A DNA stretch of 64,000 nt from Balanoglossus misakiensis. Lineage: Eukaryota > Animalia > Hemichordata. The notes beneath the pieces were generated by a model. That model was not told the DNA's origin and made no database searches. It saw nothing but the letters and a program-made list of their open reading frames with translations. The stretch is from NCBI GenBank assembly GCA_040954595.2, contig CM082582.2, positions 7,566,063-7,630,062 of the forward strand, in the 5' to 3' direction. How positions within the stretch are numbered: the first letter of the stretch is position 1; each line of letters opens with the position of its first letter. Below, one piece after another: positions 33,140-46,690 of this stretch. Made by a program: the position numbers and the translations under genes.

Positions 33140-36100
33140 TCATTTTTGACCGCCTACATAACCAGACATATCCGCTTTGCCATATCGCGATCTCCCTTCG
33201 AGCCCCTTGCCTTTACCGGACTCGTCGAAGTTGTCCATTTTGGAAGAGTCGTACTTGCTGGTGTTGGTCACCCTTCTATCGTCACTTGCAGCCGCGAATT
33301 TCTGTGAGAGATTTAAAAAACGCCACGGTGGTTGGGACAATGCAATGAACGGTGTATAAAGCGTAAATTAGCAATAACACGTTACAAGCAAACATCGCAT
33401 TAACATCCTTCACGTATTTCTTCAAATTGATTGATTGATTACAGAGTAAAAATGATAGAAGAATATCAATTCATTCAACATAACACTACTCCACACCTCA
33501 CCACACGCACCACACCACACCACACCACACCACACCACACCACACCACACCACACCACAACACACCTCACCACACGCACCCACACCACAGCACACCACAG
33601 CACACCACACCACAGCACACCACACCACACCACACCTCACCACACGCACCACACCACACCACACCACACCACACCACACCACACCTCACCACACGCACCA
33701 CACCACACCACACCACACCACACCTCACCACACGCACCACACCACACCACACCACACCACACCACACCACCTCACCACACGCACCACACCACACCACACC
33801 ACACCACACCACACCTCACCACACGCACCACACCACACCACACCACACCACACCACACCACACCACACCACACCACACCACACCACACGCACCACACCAC
33901 ACCACACCACACCACACCACACCACACCACACCACACCTCACCACACGCACCACACCACACCACACCACACCACACCACACCACACACACCACACCACAC
34001 CTCACCACACGCACCACACCACACCACACCACACCACACGCACCACACCACACCACACCACACCACACCACACCACACCACACCACACCACACCACACCA
34101 CACCTCACCACACGCACCACACCACACCACACCACACCACACCACACCACACCACACACACCTCACCACACGCACCACACCACACCACACCACACCACAC
34201 CTCACCACACGCACCACACCACACCACACCACACCACACCACACCACACCTCACCACACGCACCACACCACACCACACCACACCACACCACACCACACTC
34301 ACCACACGCACCACACCACACCACACCACACCAAACCACACCACACCACACCTCACACACGCACCACACCACACACACCACACCTCACCACACCACACCA
34401 CACCACACCTCACCACACCTCACCACACGCACCACACCACACCACACGCACCACACCACACCACACCTCACCACACGACACCACACCACACCACACACAC
34501 ACACACGCACCACACACACCACACCACACCACACCACACCACACCACACCACACCACACCACACCACACCTCACCACACGCACCACACCACACCACACCA
34601 CACCACACCACACCACACCACACCACACCACACCACACCACACCTCACCACACGCACCACACCACACCACAACCACACCACACACACCACACCACACCAC
34701 ACGCACCACACCACACCACACCACACCACACCTCACCACACGCACCACACCACACCACACCACACCACACCACACCACACGCACCACACCACACCACACC
34801 TCACCACACGCACCACACCACACCACACCACACCACACCTCACCACACGCACCACACCACACCACACCACACCACACCACACCACACCACACCACACCAC
34901 ACCTCACCACACGCACCACACCACACCACACCACACCACACCACACCACACCACACCACACCTCACCACACGCACCTCACCACACCACACCACACCACAC
35001 CACACCTCACCACACGCACCACACCACACCACACCACACCACACCACACCACACCTCACCACACGCACCACACCACACCACACCACACCACACCACACCT
35101 CACCACACGCACCACACCACACCACACCACACCACACCACACCACACCACACCACACCACACCTCACCACACGCACCACACCACACCACACCACACCACA
35201 CCACACCACACACACACACCTCACCACACGCACCACACCACACCACACCACACCACACCACACCACACCACACCACACCTCACCACACGCACCACACCAC
35301 ACCACACCACACCACACCACACCTCACCACAGCACCACACCACACCACACCACACCACACACACCACACCACACCACACCACACCTCACCACACGCACCA
35401 CACCACACCACACCACACCACAACACACCACACCACACCACACCACACCAAAACACACCTCACCACACGCACCACACCACACCACACCACACCACACCAC
35501 ACCACACCTCACCACACGCACCACACCACACACACCACACCACACCACACCACACGCACCACACCACACCACACCACACCACACCACACCACACCTCACC
35601 ACACGACACCACACCACACCACACCACACCACACCACACCACACCACACCACACACCTCACCACACGCACCACACCACACCACACCACACCACACCTCAC
35701 CACACGCACCACACCACACCACACCACACCACACCACCACACCACACCACACCACACCACACCACACCACACCACACCACACCACACCACACCTCACCAC
35801 ACGCACCACACCACACCACACCACCACCACACCACACCACACCACACACACACCACACCACACCACACCACACCACACCACACCACACCACACCTCACCA
35901 CACGCACCACACCACACCACACCACACCACACCACACGCACCACACCACACCACACCACACCACACCACACCTCACCACACGCACCACACCACACCACAC
36001 CACACCACACCACACCACACCTCACCACACGCACCACACCACACCACACCACACCACACCACACCACACCTCACCACACACACACACCACACCACACCAC

Positions 36101-39100
36101 ACCACACCACACCACACCACACCACACCACACCACACCACACACCACACCACACCACACCACACCACACCTCACCACACGCACCACCACACACCACACCA
36201 CACCACACCACACCACACCACACCACACCACACCTCACAACCTCACCACACGCACCACACCACACCACACCACACAACACAACACCACACCACACCACAC
36301 CACACCACACCTCACCACACGCACCACACCACCACACCTCACCACACGCACACCACACCACACCACACCACACCACACCACACCTCACCACACGCACCAC
36401 ACCACACCACACCACACCACACCTCACCACACGCACCACACCACACCACACCTCACCACACGCACCACACCACACCACACCACACCACACCACACCACAC
36501 GCACCACACCACACCACACCACACCACACCACACCACACCACACCACACCACACCACACACACACACCTCACCACACGCACCACACCACACCACACCACA
36601 CCACACCACACCACACCTCACCACACGCACCACACCACACCACACCACACCTCACCACACGCACCACACCACACCACACCACACCACACCACACCACACC
36701 TCACCACACGCACCACACCACACCACACCACACCACACCACACCACACCACACCACACCACACCACACCACACCTCACCACACGCACCACACCACACCAC
36801 ACCACACCACACCACACCAAACCACACCACACCACACCTCACCACACGCACCACACCACACCACACCACACCTCACCACACCACACCACACCACACCACA
36901 CCACACCACACCACACCACACCACACCACACCTCACCACACGCACCCACCACACCACACCACACCACACCACACCACACCACACCACACCACACCACACC
37001 ACACCACACCACACCACACCTCACCACACGCACCACACCACACCACACCACACCACACCACACCACACCTCACCACACGCACCACACCACACCACACCAC
37101 ACCACACCACACCTCACCACACGCACCACACCACACCACACGCACCACACCACACCACACCTCACCACACGCACCACACCACACCACACCACACCACACC
37201 ACACCACACCACACCACACCACACCACACCACACCACACCACACCACACCACACCACACCACACCTCACCACACGCACCACACCACACCACACCACACCA
37301 CACCACACCACACCACACCACACCACACCACACACCACACCACACCACACCACACCACACCTCACCACACGCACCACACCACACCACACCACACCACACC
37401 ACACCTCACCACACGCACCACACCACACCACACCACACCACACCTCACCACACTACACCACACCACACCACACCACACGCACCACACCACACCACACCTC
37501 ACCACACCACCACACCACACCACACCACACCACACCACACCTCACCACACGCACCACACCACACCACACCACACCACACCACACCACACCACACCACACC
37601 TCACCACACGCACCACACCACACCACACCACACCACACAACACAACACCACACCACACCACACCACACCACACCTCACCACACGCACCACACCACACCAC
37701 ACCACACCACACCACACCACACCTCACCACATGCACCACACCACACCACACCACACCACACCACACCACACCTCACCACACGCACCACACCACACCACAC
37801 CACACCACACCACACGCACCACACCACACCACACCACACCACACCACACCTCACCACACGCACCACACCACACCACACCACACCACACCTCACCACACCA
37901 CACCACACCACACCACACCACACCACACCTCACCACACGCACCACACCACACCACACCACACCACACCACACCACACCACACCTCACCACACGCACCACA
38001 CTACACCACACCACACCACACCACACCACACCACACCACACCACACCTCACCACACCACACCACACCACACCACACCACACCACACCACACCTCACCACA
38101 CGCACCACACCACACCACACCACACCACACCACACCACACCACACCACACCACACGCACCACACCACACCACACCACACCACACCACACCACACCTCACC
38201 ACACGCACCACACCACACCACACCACACCACACCACACAACACCACACCTCACCACACCACACACACACCACACCACACCACACCACACCACACCACACC
38301 ACACCTCACCACACGCACCACACCACACCACACCACACCACACCACACCTCACCACACGCACCACACCACACCACACCTCACCACACGCACCACACCACA
38401 CCACACCACACAACACCACACCACACCACACCACACCACACCTCACCACACGCACCACACCACACCACACCACACCACACCACACCACACCTCACCACAT
38501 GCACCACACCACACCACACCACACCACACCACACCACACCTCACCACACGCACCACACCACACCACACCACACCACACGCACCACACCACACCACACCAC
38601 ACCACACCACACCTCACCACACGCACCACACCACACCACACCACACCACACCACACCTCACCACACCACACCACACCACACCACACCACACCTCACCACA
38701 CGCACCACACCACACCACACCACACCACACCACACCACACCACACCACACCACACCACACCACACCACACCACACCACACCACACCACACCACACCTCAC
38801 CACACCACACCACACCACACCATACCACACCACACCACACCACACCTCACCACACGCACCACACCACACCACACCACACCACACCACACCACACCACACC
38901 ACACCACACCACACCACACCTCACCACACGCACCACACCACACCACACCACACCACACCACACCACACCACACCACACCACACGCACCACACCACACCAC
39001 ACCACACCACACCACACCACACCACACCACACCTCACCACACGCACCACACCACACCACACCACACCACACAACACCACACCTCACCACACCACACCACA

Positions 39101-40033
39101 CCACACCACACCACACCACACCACACCACACCACACCACACCACACCACACCTCACCACACGCACCACACCACACCACACCACACCACACCACACCTCAC
39201 CACACGCACCACACCACACAATCAGGCCACACCACATAACTCTACGTCACATATCCAAACGTCACATAAACATTATACGTGTATGTGTACTACAAGTTCG
39301 TGTCTACATGTCTTCATTATACTCACAGTTGATCCTGTCAGCTCCTCTAGAAACTTGTTTAGGCCGCCATCAATATCATCAATTCCATATTTAACTTTTG
39401 CAGCTTCCTTGGTTGCTTCTTTAAACCCTTCAAATGACAGCTTACGATCGGCCTTCACCCTGAACCACGGATAGTTTGTTGTTAAAACTCACGTGAGTAA
39501 CAGAAATCGGCCTTTGCTAAGATTGGGTGGTTGAAACGCGCGAGTAATCTCGGTTCTGATTGGACAACCATACTGTGAATGCACATGCGCGTAAACTTGA
39601 GGTCCAATCACAAGTAAGCCGCGGCGTCGTGTTAGACTCTTTGTTATACCACCCGGTGTCACTGAGCTGACTAGCGCATTCAAGCACTTTGGTCTTATAC
39701 AGTCTGCATCCACAATGACCAACAAGGGATGGTACACATTAGCTAGAGCAACGAGTTGTGAATTTCAAGACTTCTACGTCTTGGTAATCATACGGGAGCT
39801 TCCAAGCCACTACTGCCGGGTAGTAGCGTTTCAGCTTAAATTTATTTTGATTCTCTGAACACTTACTTGCATTTGTCGTAGATTATCTCCACATCCACTG
39901 CGCTTAAATTCTTATCAATCATTTTCTTGTCTCTCATCATCTTACACCATTTGCTTTTATCCAACCCATCACCGGATCCTGCGGCGCCGCAGGCACTGAA
40001 CGAGTCGAAAATGTCTTCCAAGCTTTCACTCAT
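33140..40033 (-). CDS. Divergent TPPP/p25-alpha paralog B, ~153 aa
   Basis: Exons 40033-39867, 39459-39327, 33301-33140, with the same intron positions and phases as paralog A. Motifs [25 protein letters not shown] and SGYVG. A probable non-coding first exon has its donor near 40629. Confidence 0.88.
33492..39220. repeat. ~5.7-kb pentanucleotide satellite (CACCA)n/(TGGTG)n with a recurrent CACCT-CACCA-CACG interruption
   Basis: Directly visible; lies within intron 2 of TPPP paralog B. Confidence 0.99.
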
Positions 40034-40546
40034 AGTAGCAGTTCGAGAGCAAGGGGTCTGAGAGGGGTACAGAAAATAAAGTAGTTGGCACGTTGTACAG
40101 TACAGCAAAGTGCCGGGAATCTATTGAGCTCTATCGACTCGTTTGTAACTTGTCAATAGAGGTTTTACCAACATCAACAAATAAGTGAATATAAATACTA
40201 GTAGGTCCTTGTTGCCTGATCGCTGATGGATCCATGATAGACCACAAGGTCTTGCGAATGATAAAATGGACGGAACGGCCTCTGTGGGTTTTTGTATTAT
40301 ACTACAAGAGGTCGTTCGAGCCCAGCCATGTTACCAGAGGTAACTAATTTGCTAGGTTTCCCATGACATCTTTCAAAGTTCTCCATTTGTTGGTGTTACT
40401 CGTCCTATCACTGAAAATTTACGTTAGCTTTTCGACTGGTTTAACGACGGGTCCACAAAATTTGCACTATTGGTGTTTCGATGCATCTTGATAAAACATG
40501 GATTCATGTTCATTTTGAATACAAAAAGTTGCCAAGTGAATGAGTG

Positions 40547-40600
40547 GCTGGATGGATGGATGGATGGATACAAAGATGAATGGATGATGGACGGACGGAT
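40547..40600. repeat. Degenerate (GGAT)n microsatellite
   Basis: GGATGGATGGATGGATGGAT followed by degenerate units. Confidence 0.85.
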
Positions 40601-41329
40601 TGATAAACAAGCACAATCGTTCAGCTTACCTTGTTCAACCAACAATCACAGAGCAGCACCGGGGACTTGTTATGACCAGGACACGACACGGTGCTAACCA
40701 GCAGCTGTTACTTAATGCAGTGAGTCCAGGGACGCACACAACATATGTACTCTATTGTTATAAACATTCTCAATGACAAAGCTGAAATAATTAAATAGAG
40801 GCCACATGCAAAGTGGGCGCTATTTTTATGGCATATTTGGCAATTTGATCTTGAAATACTATACGTAATATATATTCCAGATTTTTAAATTCCCACGAAC
40901 TTTATATCAAAATCGGTTTCGCCAAAGACACCCTCCTCCCACAAAAGTACACCCTGGTCGGGTTTCGCACTGAAGTTCAAGGGCGCATGCATTTTTGTAT
41001 CAAACGTTCTCCAGTGATTGAAATTGGAGAATCAAGGTCACATAATAAATAGGCGTGTCAGCAATAAAAATCTTAATTGCTATATCACATAACTTGACAT
41101 TTGAGAAACCTTCTCAATTTTATTCTCACCAGAGATGAGAAAAGGGTCAATGCGGAACGACGAGAGTGACGGTGGGTGTCCTAGTTTTTTTTGTCACGAT
41201 AATAGTGTTCTTTTACATTTATTTACAATTGTTTTCACAGTTTATACGAAAGTATAGTAATAATGCAGCGTTTATGCCTAAGCAGAGTATAGCGCAGCGC
41301 CCCCATTGGCAAGGAACGGAACAAGTGGT

Positions 41330-44300
41330 ATGACCTCAGGCGGTCGACGCGAGGTCAAAGGTCACAGGTGAGATGACTCTGCGACGGAATTTTGCCCTGG
41401 CGTGAGAATAAAAGGACACCTGTAATTATTGATGGGACGTCTTGATTACTTCGTGTCTGTGTTTTGCAGACCCGTTAGCCGACAGATACTACAGAATACC
41501 AGGGCAGAGTCGAGAAACTGTCGACGCATTGGCCAAGTGAGTAGTGCATGATCTGAGACCTCGGTGTGTGCATGGACATCCATGGTGTGTGCAATGTTAG
41601 CCTATCGATCGTGGTGATGTTGCCGGTGTGTGTCGATAGAGGTGTAGTCAGGGTTTATGTAATTTTAAAGATTCTAAGATAGTGTACCAGTGCCAGTGAT
41701 CTTGCATAGAGTATGCGACAGTGCGACTGAACAGGCACTGTCGAAATCATGCAACGCGCCCGACGTATGTACTAAAAAGTGTACATTTCCATTCTATGAA
41801 ATGTACTTGTGAAGTTGTGGTACCAGTGAATACACATGGTACACCCATATGTAAAAAGAAAGTCACATCCAACTACTAGAGCTGTGAGCTTGTATAATAA
41901 GGCACATATTTGTAAATAACACAGTTGGGCCTGTCTGGACAACAAGTTAACATGATGTATGACTGTACAACACATACTTCTGAAACAATGCATTCGCGAT
42001 TGCACCAAGCCTTCACATTAGACATGTTCAGCAAAAAATTGCAATCAGATGAGATGTACTAGTAGGGAACATATTCAGTACCGGAAGCAGCAGAAGCCTC
42101 ATTGTGCTTGTTTTTCCTCATAGGGACACCCATTATCACCATGGCAACAAGCAAGCAATATCTCCAGCAAAGCAGTTGACGCCGTCCGTGGAATCAGAGA
42201 TGTGTGTTACACGTCATGTCTAAGGACACATACACTTGCATCACCCATTCGACTGTGTGACAGTGTGCTCCGTTCGAGGCAGTTTTACAAATCACACCAC
42301 TCAGTATGCCGGTATGTCTGCAGACGACAGTATCACGCGTGGCGGCATTTTTCTCATATTGCTGCTAAGCAGACTGTTACCAAGTCTTCCAAGGGCACAG
42401 GGTTGAAGAGGATTCTGCTGGTTCTGGTGCTGGGCGTCTTGCCCGCCAGTGGAACTGTTACATATTCACTGTTGGAAGATCCCGCAAAGAGAAAAGTTCA
42501 TCTCACCGTTGCAGGCATTGGCAGATTCTTCAGGTGAGTGTCATCACTTGATGATTCTTAATTGCTATCTTAAGTATGCCATTTCCTTAGTGCTCGGGGC
42601 TTGCTTGTGAGTGCAATGTTGTAGTATTGTAAATCAGGCCATCTCCAGCCTATTTGGAGCTCTCACTGTTGACTACAGGTAAAAAGAACACACTGTTAAT
42701 TTCACCCATCCCGATTGATCGAGGCACTGACTGTCAAGACCACATCTATCCCCCCCCCCCAAGAGGATGATTTTAACCATGGCCAGGACCTAGATGAATA
42801 GCACATATGTAAACACCACAAACACACAGCAAAAGCAGTCACTGTACATTGTGAACACTTTAAAGGAAATATTAATTGAGACTTGATGACTTTCTTGCAT
42901 TTTAATATCAACTCTGTCTTTTTACTATATCCAGGTCTCTTAAAATAGGTCTAACCATATCCGTAGATTACTGGTGGTCATTGCGTGGGTTAGTTGAGGT
43001 AAGCAGTAATCTTGAATACACCCTTTGCAAATCTCGCAGACGTGGTATATGTACTGCGATATGAGAGAGCATGTAAAATGGCAGTTTGTGGGTAACTGGA
43101 GTATGGTGGAGACAAAATCTGAGTCTGCCCAAATCTAATCCCCTAAATATCGTTGGATTGGCGAATATGAATGACGTTTGACTTTGAGTGAACCCATTGC
43201 TAGCCCAATGCCAGCAAATCAGTAATGAACGCTTGATCTGTACTTGAAACACGTAGGATTCGGCAGAGTACAAGAATGCAGCAAAACTGTGCCACAAGAG
43301 GGCAGCCGACAGGATTGTGTACGGATGCATGAAAAACGGAGGCCTGTACATCAAGCTGGGGCAGGGGCTTGTGTCCCTCAACCACATTCTGCCCAGAGAG
43401 TATACAGAAACTCTGAGGGTTCTCCAGAATGAAGCGCTTACGAGGCAATACAAAGAGGTTAGTAATGATTAGGCACCTTCCAGGAACGTCGAGAGTAAGT
43501 CTGCAGTGATTGTACTGTCGGCTGGTGGAATATCTGGAATAGCAGACCAGCAAATAACACAGCCAATACATATACACAAGAATTAATCTTTGTAATACTT
43601 TCTTTGTCTCGATCCAAGATTGATAGATTATTCAAAGAAGATTTCGGCCAGACGCCAAGTGACATGTTTGCAGAATTCGACCAGGAACCCATAGCGGCTG
43701 CCAGTCTCGCTCAGGTACACAGAGCAACTTTAAAGAATGGAGAGAAAGTAGCTGTCAAGGTGAATAAGTTCTTCTATATCTTCGGGATATTCGTAGTGTT
43801 TTCTTTATTGTTATGTAGCGTGATTGTCTCGTGGCAACAAAGATAGAATCATACCCACAGTGGTATGTCAACTTAGCATTCAGCTACTGGGCCCACACGT
43901 GGAGAGCTAAGCGCGTCGTCGACACAATCTGAAGTTCATGCTTCTCTCTGTTTATTTCCAGGTGCAATATATCGATTTACGTGACCGTTACTCGGGCGAC
44001 ATCAAAACATTAGAGATTCTATTAGACATCATAGCTTGGATGCATCCCTCATTTGCATTCAAATGGGTATTACAGGTACAGTGACATATTAAGCGTTTTC
44101 TGGGAGTGACTTTTACTTTTATACCTTCACTTGTTGCCATGACAGTATGAGAAATTTATCCTTTGTGTTTTGTATATGAGATAATTAATTTAAATAGATT
44201 CTTATTCTCATGATCATTGATTGTATTACATGCCTCACCAAATTCTAAAGGGTTTAGGTAAACTGCTAACAATGTTGTAGTAATATACGTTGTTCTGACT

Positions 44301-46690
44301 CCAACCTTCATTGTCTCTGTACTAGGATTTGAAAGGCACTATAGCCAAGGAACTTGACTTTGAAAATGAAGGACGCAACGTCGAAAGATGCGGTGCCGAT
44401 GTAAAACATCTCAAATATGCTTATGTTCCAAAAATCTACTGGGATGTGACATCAAAAGTAAGTTTTGTTGTGCCTGCGACAGTGATGCATATAAATCATT
44501 ATTAGTCTCTCATCATTGACAGCAATATTTAATTAATCAATTAATTAGTTGATTTCATTGTATTCTTTTTTTCAGAGAGTGCTGACAATGGAATTTACAG
44601 ACGGATGTAAAATCACGGACATAGACAGAATTCAGAAGATGGGACTTTCTGTTGCTGATGTAAGTGTATTATTTATACAAATCCTTCAAACAAATCCATT
44701 CGGCTTGTACTTGTTATGCTTTGAAAATTTCAGGAGTATAAAAAAATTGAAATTGCTGTTCAAATATTTATGGTCTTCTGTCTTTACCACAGGTTGATGA
44801 AAAACTGGTCAAGATTTTTGCTGAACAGATTTTTCATACCGGATTCGTCCATGCAGATCCTCATCCTGGAAACAGTGAGTCATAAATAAAGTTTCTCAAC
44901 TTGACATTGTAGAGGCAATTCTTGACGTGAACAAAATTCACAAAATCAAAGATCAGGGAATTTCTGTGTATTTTTTACAAAAGTATAATTCAGGGAATAT
45001 AGCTAGAACTCAGTTTATAAACATTTGCCTTTGAAACAAAATCATCTATAAACATTTGCCGTTGAAATAAAATCATCTTTCACATTTCATTTTTTTTCCA
45101 GTTTTTGTCCGTAGAGGCTCAGATAACAAGGCAGAGTTGGTTCTCTTAGATCACGGACTTTATGATGAACTGGGGCAGAAGTAAGTGGCAATATCAGAAC
45201 AGATACAGAAAGTCCGATAAAAAAATCTGATACTATTAAGTGGTTGTTAAAAGAAACATATGAAATGCAACAGAACTGTAATTGGAAATAGTTTGTTTTT
45301 TTGTTGCTTTCAAAAAGAACTCTTCCTTCCCTGGGTCACAGTCAAGCAAATTCATCACTCTTCATTTTCGTATTCATACTTTGTCACTTCATCTAGGGAC
45401 CGAGTCGCGCTATGCAATTTCTGGAAAGCAATCGTGATGAAAGATGAGGTTGATATGAAGAAGTATGCCAACGAACTCGGTGTAGAAGGTGAGAGAAGGA
45501 CAAAACTTCAATTTGACAGACTACATACTAAACCATTGTGAGACTTTATCGTTCGTGAACCTTTTCAAATTTTTCAGTGTTCTACTTCTGTGTACGTTTT
45601 TCATTATTTCCCAAGATCAAGAATTTCCTTTAAAATGCTGTTTCTTCAGATTTCCCACCAGAGCAGTTCTTCTTTCAGTACAGCTACCTTTCCTTCAGTG
45701 TGCACCTATATTAATTTCTCCTCAGACTACATGCTGTTTGCCGAGATCATCATCCAGAAACCACTGAACATGAAAGCCAAGCGTGGCTTCCACATCAGCA
45801 CCAAGCTCACCAAGGAACAGGTGGTCTACATGCAGAAGATGGCCAGGCAACGCTTTGATGCCATCATGAAAATCCTCAAGGAGTTGCCCAGACCAATGCT
45901 ATTAGTATTCAGGTAAAAAAAAATTTCATACACACATTCCCACCGTAACATGCTTTCAGTCAGTGGATCCCAGTTGTGTGGTTGCCGTGTTAATGAAAAA
46001 TACACAGTAGCCCAAAAATCATAGAATATTCCTGTTTGGAAACTTGCAGACAAGACAGAAGAATTTCAGAATGATTTCAACAATATATTTTGTTCTTTTG
46101 TAGGAACATAAACACAATTCGATCCATCAATCACGATCTGGGAATGCCGGTTGATAGATACACAATAATGGCTAGATGGTGAGTCACATGATTCTTTACT
46201 ATTGAAAAGAATCAGATGTTAAAACATGAATCTTCTGAAATGTTCAGTACACTGCAAATGCGATCAAGCAGTTCAAAGCCTGTTCTATGTTTGCTTCACA
46301 GTGCTGTGGGTAGTACATTGGGAAGTTTCCGTGAGAGAAAAATGATTTCCAGAGTGAAGATTGCGTGGGAAAGGCTCCGCTTTGATTTTACTCTGAGGTA
46401 AATGGCTTCTACAGTCATGTGACAAATCGTGCATTCTTATTGGGCAGAGGTCATCATATTTGTCAATGATGCCATGCTGTGATTGGCCAGAATCCAATTC
46501 TTTGTCAAAGCTAATCATGTGATTTGTCTCACAACCAACAGATTATTGTCAAAATCAGGTTTTCTGTATTTTCTCCAGGTCTGACCAATTAGTTCATTGG
46601 TTGTTTTCGACTTACATCCGAGTGTTGCAGTTTTTCGGAAGAGCACCTGAAGATCTGGGAGTTTTGAAGACATATTTACAACAAGCGTAG
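41330..46690 (+). CDS. ADCK5: aarF domain-containing atypical kinase 5 (ABC1/UbiB family)
   Basis: Core exons 42124-42533, 42935-42998, 43257-43457, 43619-43759, 43962-44075, 44326-44457, 44576-44659, 44793-44874, 45102-45180, 45397-45488, 45726-45912, 46104-46178, 46302-46397, 46579-46690. Motifs [51 protein letters not shown] and LLDHGLY. The first two exons (41330-41367, 41470-41536) are phase-compatible but tentative. Confidence 0.92.

Noticed and set aside
33431-39394. 1987-aa His/Thr/Pro-rich ORF and the many VWCGV ORFs on the opposite strand
   Set aside because: These are translations of the stop-free (CACCA)n satellite inside a TPPP intron; there is no evidence of a real protein.
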